NCBI GenBank assembly: GCA_038246975.1
Contig: JBBRVJ010000001.1
Coordinates: 3,719 to 67,718, forward strand
Reading direction: 5' to 3'
Source of the DNA: Rhodobacterales bacterium
Lineage (GTDB): Bacteria; Pseudomonadota; Alphaproteobacteria; Rhodobacterales; Rhodobacteraceae
DNA length: 64,000 bases
Part shown: piece by piece, positions 47,115 to 55,181 of the stretch
Position numbering within the stretch: position 1 is the first letter of the stretch
How the letters are laid out: every line of letters starts with the position of its first letter
Made by a program: the position numbers and the translations under genes
The notes under the pieces: model-generated
Databases searched by the model: none
What the model was told of the DNA's origin: nothing
The model's input: only the letters and a program-made list of their open reading frames with translations

Positions 47115-47921
47115 TCAACGATAGACGTTATCAATTGTCAGTTTTGGAGCAGTGCCGCCGACCCACTTGTCATAGAGCTCCTGATAGCGGCCAGAGCGGA
47201 CCTGCTGGTTGATGAACAGATCGAGATAGTTCAGCATGCCATATTCCTGCCGCAGGGCGATCAGTCCAACATAATCAACCGGGTAGGGCGCGTCGCCTTT
47301 GATCACCAGTCCTTCGTATTGTCCGCCTTCGACGATCGCCGATGCCACGGTCGAGGTGACGACGGTGGCGTCGATCTGGCCTTGGGAAAGCGCAAGAAAC
47401 ACATCAGCCTGGCTTTGGTAGGGACGGAAATCGCCCGCGCCCCAGCCCTTGACGTTCTCTTCCAGCGCGATGCCTTCGAATGTGCCGCTGACCGAACCGA
47501 CGGTCTTGCCGCTCATGTCTTCGAATTTCTCGATCCCGGCGTCCACCCGGGTCAGGACGACGTTGGTGAAGGCAAAGTAAGGGATGGTAAAACCAACGGT
47601 CTTTGCCCGCTCCAGAGTGTCAGAAGTCGAAGCCACACCCACATCGACACGGCCTGACACCAGCGCCGGAATGCGGTCGGGGAACGGTGTCTCGACGATT
47701 TCTGCCGTCACGCCCAAGGCGGCCGCAAGGTCGTTGCAATAGTCCACGTCAAAGCCGATGGCGTTGTTATCGGCATCGCGCGACCCCATGGGCGGAAAGT
47801 CCAGAACGACAGCGCAGCGCAGCGTCCCAGATGCCATGATGTCGTCAAGCTTGTCGGCGCTGGCCGCGGTCGCAAGGCACGTCGCTGCAAGAAGGCCGCT
47901 CAGAATGATGGATGATTTCAT
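47115..47921 (-). CDS. Amino-acid ABC transporter substrate-binding protein (family 3)
   Basis: Signal peptide MKSSIILSGLLAATCLATAASA plus an SBP_bac_3-like body. 268 aa. Confidence 0.9.
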   Translation of the reverse strand: MKSSIILSGLLAATCLATAASADKLDDIMASGTLRCAVVLDFPPMGSRDADNNAIGFDVDYCNDLAAALGVTAEIVETPFPDRIPALVSGRVDVGVASTSDTLERAKTVGFTIPYFAFTNVVLTRVDAGIEKFEDMSGKTVGSVSGTFEGIALEENVKGWGAGDFRPYQSQADVFLALSQGQIDATVVTSTVASAIVEGGQYEGLVIKGDAPYPVDYVGLIALRQEYGMLNYLDLFINQQVRSGRYQELYDKWVGGTAPKLTIDNVYR

Positions 47922-48022
47922 CTGCTATTCTCCCGTTGTTATGGTTGTCTGTTGATTCGACAGGCTGTTTTCCTGTCGAAACTATGTTCTGCGGCTGGAC
48001 ATGGCACAAGATAGAATTTAGC

Positions 48023-48043
48023 GAATATACTCTTTGTATATTC
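48023..48043. promoter_or_regulatory. Perfect palindrome GAATATAC-tcttt-GTATATTC in the divergent promoter of the hydroxyproline island
   Basis: 8-bp perfect arms in an AT-rich gap between the SBP gene start (47921) and the plus-strand genes. A related site lies at 49249..49267. Confidence 0.45.
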
Positions 48044-48090
48044 TGGCCTCATCCGGTCAGGATCACTGCCCTGCCATCAGCCAGTGAGCC

Positions 48091-48381
48091 ATGACCAGCC
48101 CCGAGGCACTCGCCTTCATTGGCTCCACATCCATCGCCCCCCGACACGGCGAGTTGATTGTAGCGTTCAGTCCCGAACGTTGCGCCGCTGCTCAAGGGGG
48201 GCTGGAACTGACGCGGGCCGAGGCTTTGTTCGACGCGGTTCTTGGGCAGGGTGCGCGGCTGCCGTCACAGCGCCGCTTCGCCGCGCGTGCGGTGTCTGAT
48301 GCAACAGGCATTGCCCTGACCGCAGACGAGATGGCGATGCTGCAGCGGATGAAAGACGCGGGGTCAGGCGAAAAGATCTGA
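48091..48381 (+). CDS. Hypothetical 96-aa protein (weak call)
   Basis: ORF with moderate GC3, upstream of the GntR gene. No recognisable family. Confidence 0.3.
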   Translation: MTSPEALAFIGSTSIAPRHGELIVAFSPERCAAAQGGLELTRAEALFDAVLGQGARLPSQRRFAARAVSDATGIALTADEMAMLQRMKDAGSGEKI

Positions 48382-48523
48382 TGGGGCTGCTGCACGGCCG
48401 AAGACCAGGTGAGGCTAGTCCCCTGATGACCGAAGCAGTCTGCCGGGCCAATCGGTCAAGAGCGGTTGATCTAACCGCGGGGCGGCCATATTCATGCGGC
48501 TGTCGAGATTTGGGGAACAGTCG

Positions 48524-49231
48524 ATGGATGACACTGCCGCCGCCATACCCGAGCGCAAACGGGGCTCCGGGGTCAAGAAGGCCTATGACCTGCTGCGCAG
48601 CGAAATCCTTGATCTGACCCTTCCGCCCGGCAGCCCGATTGACGAGGTCCAACTGGCAGACCGCCTTGGGCTGTCACGCACCCCGATCCGCGAAGCCTTG
48701 GCGCGGCTGGCCACCGAAGGCCTGATCGATACGCTGCCCAACCGTTCGACGATGGTGGCGAACATCGATTTTCTGAACTTGCACACGTTTTTCGACGCGA
48801 TCACCCTGATGTACCGCGTGACCACCCGCCTTGCCGCGCGAAACTGGCAGGACGGTGATCTTGAAATCATCAATGGCCATCAGAAAGACTTTGCTGAAGC
48901 CGTGGCCAGGCATGACGCGCTGGCCATGATCGGCACCAACCGCGATTTTCACGCGGCGATCGCCGTAGCCGGGCGAAACCCCTATTATCTCGGGCTTTTT
49001 GTTCGACTTCTAGATGATGGGCGGCGGCTGTTGCGGCTGTATTACCAATCGTTCAACGACCGCCCCCCGGCATCGGTGATCACCGAACACGAGGATATCA
49101 TCGCAGCGGTCACGGCACGCGACGTCGAAACCTCGGACCGTCTGGCCAAAGCCCATGCCGATCAGATCGTGCGCCAGATCCAGAAGCTGCTGTCATTGGA
49201 TCAACGCCAGAATATCGCGCTTCAGTTCTGA
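48524..49231 (+). CDS. GntR-family transcriptional regulator (FCD domain)
   Basis: YDLLRSEILDLTLPPGSPIDEVQLADRLGLSRTPIREALARLATEGLI wHTH plus a helical C-domain. Start 48524 (alternative 48494). Confidence 0.85.
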   Translation: MDDTAAAIPERKRGSGVKKAYDLLRSEILDLTLPPGSPIDEVQLADRLGLSRTPIREALARLATEGLIDTLPNRSTMVANIDFLNLHTFFDAITLMYRVTTRLAARNWQDGDLEIINGHQKDFAEAVARHDALAMIGTNRDFHAAIAVAGRNPYYLGLFVRLLDDGRRLLRLYYQSFNDRPPASVITEHEDIIAAVTARDVETSDRLAKAHADQIVRQIQKLLSLDQRQNIALQF

Positions 49232-49248
49232 GGTTCCTGTCGACAACA

Positions 49249-49267
49249 AATATACGTCATGTATTAT
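49249..49267. promoter_or_regulatory. Imperfect copy of the ATATAC-N5-GTAT motif upstream of the DHDPS-like gene
   Basis: AATATAC-gtcat-GTATTAT, about 75 nt upstream of the ATG at 49341. It shares half-sites with 48023..48043. Confidence 0.35.
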
Positions 49268-49340
49268 ACATCCACAGGCGAATCCGGGGCGCATCGCCCT
49301 GCCCTCCTGCGATCATTCGACGTTCCCACAGGAGCTTGCC

Positions 49341-50303
49341 ATGAATTCAGATATCTTTGCCGGGGTCATTCCTGCGCTGATGACCCCCTGTACCCCGGAC
49401 CGCGCCCCCGATTTCGACGCTTTGGTCCGCAAGGCCAAGGATCTGGTCGCAGCCGGGATGTCCGCCGTGGTCTATTGCGGGTCGATGGGCGACTGGCCGC
49501 TTTTGACCGACGCGCAGCGGATGGAAGGGGTCGAGCGGCTGGTAAACGCCGGCGTCAGGGTGATCGTGGGCACCGGAGCGATCAATACTGCCTCTGCCGT
49601 GGCGATCACCCGGCACGCGGAAAAGGTGGGCGCACATGGTCTGATGGTCATTCCCCGCGTTTTGTCGCGCGGCCCGTCGCCATCGGCCCAAAAGGCGCAT
49701 TTCAAGGCGATCCTGTCAGCAGCCCCCGGCTTGCCCGCGATCATCTACAACAGCCCTTACTACGGCTTTGCGACGCGCGCGGATCTGTTCAACGCCCTGC
49801 GCGCCGAACATCCCAACCTTGTCGGGTTCAAGGAATTCGGCGGCCCGGCCGATACGCGCTATGCGGGGGAGTTCATAACCTCGGCGGGTGACGGCGTGAC
49901 GTTGATGGTCGGCGTCGATACCGGCGTCGTGAATGGTTACGTCAATTGCGGTGCCAAGGGCGCGATCACCGGCATCGGCGTGGTCATGCCGCATGAAGTG
50001 CTGACGCTCTGCAATTTGTCGCGGGCCGCCGCCACCGGCGACGTCGAGGCCCGCCGGAAGGCGCTTGAACTGGAGACCGCTTTCAACGTGCTGTCGTCCT
50101 TCGACGAAGGTCCGGATCTGGTACTGTACTTCAAGTATATGCTGCATCTGGAGGGCGAACAGGAATATGCGCTGAACTTCATCGAAACTGATGAGCTGAG
50201 CGCCAGTCAGCGCGGCTACGTCGAGGCGCAGGTCAAGCTGTTCAAGACGTGGTATGCCGAGTGGAGCAAGCAAGACGGGGCTGTCGCGCGCTGCCTTGGC
50301 TAA
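49341..50303 (+). CDS. DHDPS/NAL-family lyase, candidate delta1-pyrroline-4-hydroxy-2-carboxylate deaminase
   Basis: 320 aa; IPALMTPCTPD..., GFKEFGG (Schiff-base Lys context). AGGAG SD. Context with a FAD D-amino-acid-type dehydrogenase. Confidence 0.8.
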   Translation: MNSDIFAGVIPALMTPCTPDRAPDFDALVRKAKDLVAAGMSAVVYCGSMGDWPLLTDAQRMEGVERLVNAGVRVIVGTGAINTASAVAITRHAEKVGAHGLMVIPRVLSRGPSPSAQKAHFKAILSAAPGLPAIIYNSPYYGFATRADLFNALRAEHPNLVGFKEFGGPADTRYAGEFITSAGDGVTLMVGVDTGVVNGYVNCGAKGAITGIGVVMPHEVLTLCNLSRAAATGDVEARRKALELETAFNVLSSFDEGPDLVLYFKYMLHLEGEQEYALNFIETDELSASQRGYVEAQVKLFKTWYAEWSKQDGAVARCLG

Positions 50304-50456
50304 GATCGGACGGGCAGGCATGGATAGGTGCCCTGCCGCGCCGTTCCAAGTAAGGGGCCGTGTTGATGGCTTGCATTTCACCGACGCCCATCGCGGCAAG
50401 ATCAAAGCTTGGCGGCGTGCCGCAGGCTCGACGTGCTGCGCGCCTGAAGGATCATC

Positions 50457-51701
50457 ATGACCGCCAAAGTTGACGTGATCGTTGTCGGAGCCGGGGTAAT
50501 CGGCCTTTCGGCTGCCCTTATGGCGCAGGCGCGAGGACTGACGGTCGTGGTACTTGACCGGACCGGCCCGGCAGCGGGGGCGTCGGCGGGCAATGCCGGT
50601 GCTTTCGCGTTCAGCGACATACTGCCGCTGGCCTCTCCCGGCATCTTGTCCAAGGCGCCGAAATGGTTGCTTGACCCGCTGGGGCCGCTGTCGATCCCGC
50701 CCGCCTATGCGTTGCAGATAGCGCCCTGGATGTATCGCTTCTGGCGCGCCTGCTCCCCGGCGCAGGTCGCCCGATCGACGCTGGCCCAAACCGCGCTGAT
50801 GGATCTTTCCAAGGCTGAACTTGTGCCGTTTCTGGATCTGTCCGGAACCGCAGACATGCTGCATCGCAGAGGCAACCTTCAGGTCTATGAGGGGAAGGCG
50901 GAATTTACCGCATCCCTGCCCGGATGGCAGGCCCGCACCGATCATGGCATTGCCTTCGACCACCTCACGGCCTCCGAGATGGCCACCCTTCAGCCCGGGC
51001 TTTCTGCACAGTTTACCCATGGGACCTTCACCCCCGAGTGGTACTCGATTTCCGACCCAAGGCTCTACACACATGCTCTGGCTGATCGTTTCCGTGCCAG
51101 AGGCGGCGAAGTTCGCGTGGCCGAGGTGACGAGGCTTGATCCCCAGGAAAGCGGCGTCGCGGTCTGGCTTGCCACTGGAGATACGCTGCAGACGGGCAAA
51201 GTCGTTCTGGCTGCCGGGGCATTTTCGCACCTTTTGGCGCGCTGTGTCGGCGACAGGATTCCGCTGGAAACCGAGCGGGGCTACAACACAACCCTCCCCA
51301 CGGGCGCGTTTGATCTGCGATTGCAAGTGACGTTTGGCGGGCATGGCTTTATTGCGAGCCCGCTGTCCACTGGCATCCGCATCGGCGGTGCTGTGGAATT
51401 GGGCGGCCTGAAGCTTGCGCCAAATTACAAGCGGGCGGATGCGATGCTGCGCAAGGCGCAGGCGTTTCTGCCCGGCATTGATCCGAAGGGCGGCATGCAG
51501 TGGATGGGCTTTCGCCCGTCGCTGCCCGACAGCCTGCCCGCCATCGGTCGCTCGCGAGCAACGTCGCGGGTGATCCATGCGTTTGGCCACGGTCATCTCG
51601 GCCTGACCCAATCCGCCGGCACCGCACGGCTGGTTGCGGACATGTTGACCGGCGCACCTTCCGCGATCGACCTTACCCTCTTCTCTCCGCAAAGGTTCTG
51701 A
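50457..51701 (+). CDS. FAD-dependent oxidoreductase (DadA-like), candidate D-hydroxyproline dehydrogenase
   Basis: VDVIVVGAGVIGLSAAL Rossmann motif. 414 aa, DAO-family length and motifs. Confidence 0.8.
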   Translation: MTAKVDVIVVGAGVIGLSAALMAQARGLTVVVLDRTGPAAGASAGNAGAFAFSDILPLASPGILSKAPKWLLDPLGPLSIPPAYALQIAPWMYRFWRACSPAQVARSTLAQTALMDLSKAELVPFLDLSGTADMLHRRGNLQVYEGKAEFTASLPGWQARTDHGIAFDHLTASEMATLQPGLSAQFTHGTFTPEWYSISDPRLYTHALADRFRARGGEVRVAEVTRLDPQESGVAVWLATGDTLQTGKVVLAAGAFSHLLARCVGDRIPLETERGYNTTLPTGAFDLRLQVTFGGHGFIASPLSTGIRIGGAVELGGLKLAPNYKRADAMLRKAQAFLPGIDPKGGMQWMGFRPSLPDSLPAIGRSRATSRVIHAFGHGHLGLTQSAGTARLVADMLTGAPSAIDLTLFSPQRF

Positions 51702-52441
51702 CATCTTGGCCGGATCGAGGCGGCCACGCAGGTCGCTGGCTTCCCTGCCATCATATCGTCGGTGGCGGGAAGGGTGCGAATGACCGGTTACAACACAATC
51801 TTCATCGACGACCGCGACCCCTTTGCGCACGGCTTTGTCGTTCAATAAGCCACACGCCTTGGAGTCGGTGCTTTCAAAGATGAAACCGGGACCTCTGCAC
51901 CGAGTTCGAACCGATGGCGTCTCGAGCGACTGTCCGTGTTTACCGCAACATATGGCCAGCCCGGATCGCACTGGCAGGCGGTCATCGCGATTTTGTCGAG
52001 GAACGTCTGTGCTGCCGGATACGGAACGACTGGGTCACGAAGGCCGCCGCCAAGGGCGGCAAGTGCCGGGGAGTCAACGGCATTCCGGGTGGCACACAGC
52101 ATCGGGGTCGTCACACTGCGTTTGATTTAAGCTCGGCCCCGTCGGAACATCGGCTGCTGAGGAATACTGCTTCGACTTGGCGTTCGTCTTCTGGTTGATC
52201 GCGAACCGCGTCGCCAGTCCTCTCAGGCTGTCTGGACCATGCTGATCGCTTGACGGACGGCCTCTGTTGTCGAAGCGCTCCCGTTCCGAACCGGACTTGT
52301 AGAGCTTCCCTCCATTCGCCGGACAGGATTGCACCACCACAGCCGGGGAAGGAACATTCCGGGGCTGTATGAACCCGCCTCAACACCTGCCCGTAAATCC
52401 GCATCAGGCAGCCCCGCCACCCTGCAACGAAACGATCCGCG

Positions 52442-53239
52442 TCACTTGGCGGTGATCCGACCGTCGATGTAAGGCATGTAAGGCGCATTCGCCGCCAGAT
52501 ATTCGGCGGTCACATCGGCAAGGTCGGGGCCGAAATCATCGACGTCCTTCGCATTCACGAACATCTTGAACCCTTCACCGCCCCCCCGGACAAAGTTGTT
52601 GGACACGCCGACATACTCTGTCGCAGGGTCGATCGGCCCACAGGCATCGCCGCCGATCAAGACCATCACCTCCGAAACGCGCGCCCCCACCGGCTGCACA
52701 GGATCGAACATGTATTTCAACCCTGCCACCTGCGGGAACCGCACGGCCCCTTCCTCGATCTGGCTCACACCGTTTTCCAGCGCCGCCACCACATCCGCCC
52801 CGGTGACGGTAAAGGTCGACAGCGTGTTCTGGAACGGCAGCACCGTCCGCACCTCGCCCATCGTGACCGGCCCCGCATCAACAGACGCCCGCAATCCGCC
52901 GCCGTTGGTCAAGGCAATTGTCACCCCCTGACCAGCGACGCGCGCCAGCATGGCGTCGGCCACCAGATTGCCCATCTGGCATTCCCTCGCGCGGCAGGCG
53001 TCGCGACTGCCGTCAATCGCGGCGGCTGCTTCGGCGATCACCTTGTTGCGGATCTGGTCCAGCCGCACCGCCAATTCGGCAATCCGCGCGACGGCAGCGC
53101 TGTCCTCGGCCACCGCCGCGTCCAGGATCAGAGGCTCGCCTGCGGCCATAACCACGACCCCGGCATCATCATATTCCGCCCTGGCCGCCCCCGCCATCCC
53201 GCACAGCACCGCCGCCGTTCCCAAAAACTTCGCCATCAT
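52442..53239 (-). CDS. Secreted 5'-nucleotidase C-terminal-domain protein (no metallophosphatase domain)
   Basis: Signal peptide MMAKFLGTAAVLCGMAGAARA, then ...ECQMGNLVADAM..., NGGGLRA, PFQNTL, GGEGF, which are UshA C-domain motifs. 265 aa. GGAGG SD. Confidence 0.8.
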   Translation of the reverse strand: MMAKFLGTAAVLCGMAGAARAEYDDAGVVVMAAGEPLILDAAVAEDSAAVARIAELAVRLDQIRNKVIAEAAAAIDGSRDACRARECQMGNLVADAMLARVAGQGVTIALTNGGGLRASVDAGPVTMGEVRTVLPFQNTLSTFTVTGADVVAALENGVSQIEEGAVRFPQVAGLKYMFDPVQPVGARVSEVMVLIGGDACGPIDPATEYVGVSNNFVRGGGEGFKMFVNAKDVDDFGPDLADVTAEYLAANAPYMPYIDGRITAK

Positions 53240-53394
53240 CGCGACGCCTCCGGTTCTGAATGAGTTGCAGCAGCCCGGCCCCCCGCAACCGGGCGCTGTA
53301 AAGCCGCATGTTGCCGATCCTGCCCCCGCCCTGCAACATCGGCATGACAGCGCCGCCCGCCATGCAACCATTGACCATTGCACAGTCACAGGGC

Positions 53395-53745
53395 ATGAAA
53401 CCCCCCATGCTGATCCTTAAAATCTTCCGCCGCCCCGAATGGAACGCCTTTGTCGCCGCCGGCGAGACCCTTGGTGCGCCCATCGACCTGACCGACGGGT
53501 TCATCCACTTTTCGACCGCCGCGCAAGTCGCCGAAACCGCCGAGAAATACTTCGGCACCGAAAGCGATCTGGTGCTGGTCGCCTTCGATGATACCAAGCT
53601 CGGGGCCGCCCTGAAGTGGGAGCCGTCACGCGGCGGCGCGTTGTTCCCTCATCTCTACCGCGCGCTGCTGATGTCCGACGTGGTCTGGGACAAATCCCTG
53701 CCTCTGGGCGCCACCGGCCACATCTTTCCCGAGGGTCTGTGGTGA
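53395..53745 (+). CDS. DUF952-family protein
   Basis: [39 protein letters not shown]...LFPHLY is typical DUF952. Start 53395 or 53407. Confidence 0.75.
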   Translation: MKPPMLILKIFRRPEWNAFVAAGETLGAPIDLTDGFIHFSTAAQVAETAEKYFGTESDLVLVAFDDTKLGAALKWEPSRGGALFPHLYRALLMSDVVWDKSLPLGATGHIFPEGLW

Positions 53746-54803
53746 GCCTGACCGACCGTCTCGCGCTGCTGGCCCTCCACCGCTTCGACCCCGAAACCGC
53801 CCACGGCCTCAGCCTGCGCGCGCTGCAATCCGGCCTCGTGCCGCTGCCGGGCGTGGTCACCTCGCCTCGCCTGCGCACCACCCTTGCAGGCTTGGCGCTG
53901 CCCAACCCGATCGGCCTCGCCGCAGGCTATGACAAGAACGCGACCTGCCTCGCCCCCCTGTCGCGCGCAGGCTTCGGCTTTGTCGAGGTCGGCGCCGTCA
54001 CCCCCCGCGCGCAGGACGGCAATCCGCGCCCCCGCCTGTACCGGCTGACCGGCGACCGCGCCGCGATCAACCGCTTCGGCTTCAACAACCAAGGTGCCGA
54101 CGCCATCGCCGCCCGCCTCGCCGCCCGCACCCCCAACCCCGTCCCAGTCGGCCTGAACCTCGGCGCGAACAAGGACAGCCCCGACCGCGCCGCCGATTTC
54201 GCCGCCGTGCTGGCGACCTGCGGCCCCCATGTGGACTTCGCCACCGTCAACGTCTCCAGCCCCAACACCGAGAAACTCCGCGACCTGCAAGGCCCCGCTG
54301 CCCTCGCCGCGCTGCTGTCCCGCGTGATGGAGGTGCGCGCCAGCCTCGCCAGACCCATCCCGATCTTCCTGAAAATCTCGCCCGATCTGACCCCCGATGA
54401 CCTGGCCCGACTGGCCGAAACCGCCCTCGCCTCGGGCATCCACGGCATCATCGCGACCAACACCACCCTGTCGCGCAGCGGCCTGACCAGCCCCCACGCG
54501 TCCCAGACCGGCGGCCTGTCGGGCGAGCCCCTGTTCGAGGCGTCAACCCGCATCCTTGCCCACCTGTCAAAACTGACCGATGGAAGCCTCCCCCTGATCG
54601 GCGTCGGCGGCATCTCGACCCCCGAACACGCCTATGCCAAACTCCGCGCCGGTGCCTCTGCGGTGCAGTTTTACACCGCAATGGTCTACCACGGCATCAG
54701 CCTCGCCGCAAAAATGGCCCAAGGCCTCGACGCCCTCCTGACCCGCGACGGCTACACCAACGCCAACCAGGTCACAGGCACCGCCGTCAACGACTGGCTC
54801 TGA
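53742..54803 (+). CDS. pyrD: Dihydroorotate dehydrogenase (quinone), class 2
   Basis: The GTG start overlaps the DUF952 stop (GTGA). [46 protein letters not shown] motifs. Confidence 0.95.
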   Translation: MSLTDRLALLALHRFDPETAHGLSLRALQSGLVPLPGVVTSPRLRTTLAGLALPNPIGLAAGYDKNATCLAPLSRAGFGFVEVGAVTPRAQDGNPRPRLYRLTGDRAAINRFGFNNQGADAIAARLAARTPNPVPVGLNLGANKDSPDRAADFAAVLATCGPHVDFATVNVSSPNTEKLRDLQGPAALAALLSRVMEVRASLARPIPIFLKISPDLTPDDLARLAETALASGIHGIIATNTTLSRSGLTSPHASQTGGLSGEPLFEASTRILAHLSKLTDGSLPLIGVGGISTPEHAYAKLRAGASAVQFYTAMVYHGISLAAKMAQGLDALLTRDGYTNANQVTGTAVNDWL

Positions 54804-54811
54804 CCTTCCTT

Positions 54812-54862
54812 CATTTTCTGTCCCGAAATATCCTCGGGGGTCCGGGGGCAGACAGCCCCCGG
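54812..54862 (+). repeat. Intergenic repeat element copy 2 (conserved 5' box plus GC hairpin), starting 8 nt after the pyrD stop
   Basis: CATTTTCTGTCCCGAAATATCCTCGGGGGTCCGGGGGCagacaGCCCCCGG, near-identical to the reverse complement of 16605..16658. Confidence 0.6.
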
Positions 54863-54899
54863 CGCTGCCCGCAAACGCCCCCCTAAGAATATCTTGCCC

Positions 54900-54947
54900 T
54901 CAAAACGCCTTGCCCTCAGAACGCCTTGCCGTCAAAACGCCTTGAAC
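54900..54947. repeat. Three tandem 16-bp units duplicating the stop codon and last codons of the Lrp-like gene
   Basis: tcaaaacgccttgccc / tcagaacgccttgccg / tcaaaacgccttgaac. On the minus strand each unit reads (G/F)KAF-stop. The third unit is the real gene end. Confidence 0.8.
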
Positions 54948-55168
54948 GTCATCGTGGTCAAAGTCCGCACGATGCCCGGAATGTCGAACAACCGTTCCGA
55001 CAGGTAGTGCCCCACATCGGCCCCATCCGGGATATAGACCTTGGCGATCAGGTCGTACTCGCCCGAGGTGGAAAACAACTCGCTGACCACCTCGCGGTCG
55101 TAAATCGCCTCGGCCACCGCATAGGTCTGACCCGGAACGCAGCGAAACTGCACGAACACACAGATCAT
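54932..55168 (-). CDS. Stand-alone Lrp/AsnC ligand-binding (RAM) domain protein, no HTH
   Basis: 78 aa: MICVFVQFRCVPGQTYAVAEAIYDREVVSELFSTSGEYDLIAKVYIPDGADVGHYLSERLFDIPGIVRTLTTMTFKAF. GGGAG SD, 13 nt after the helicase stop. Confidence 0.75.
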   Translation of the reverse strand: MICVFVQFRCVPGQTYAVAEAIYDREVVSELFSTSGEYDLIAKVYIPDGADVGHYLSERLFDIPGIVRTLTTMTFKAF

Positions 55169-55181
55169 CAGCTTATCTCCC

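Noticed and set aside
49716-51971. 751-aa minus-strand ORF. Similar long shadows occur at 60104..62059, 30872..32965, 6710..8194, 8378..9877, 22233..23918, 26829..28298 and 58474..60084
   Set aside because: All overlap well-supported genes on the opposite strand and have the low-complexity Arg/Gly/Pro/His composition of non-coding frames in high-GC DNA.
51702-52441. Housekeeping ncRNA (RNase P RNA, tmRNA, SRP RNA, 6S) in the unassigned gap
   Set aside because: I did not see any of the conserved sequence blocks I know for these RNAs (for example the RNase P P4 GGAAAGUCCGG or the SRP domain IV motif). A covariance-model scan would be needed to exclude it fully.
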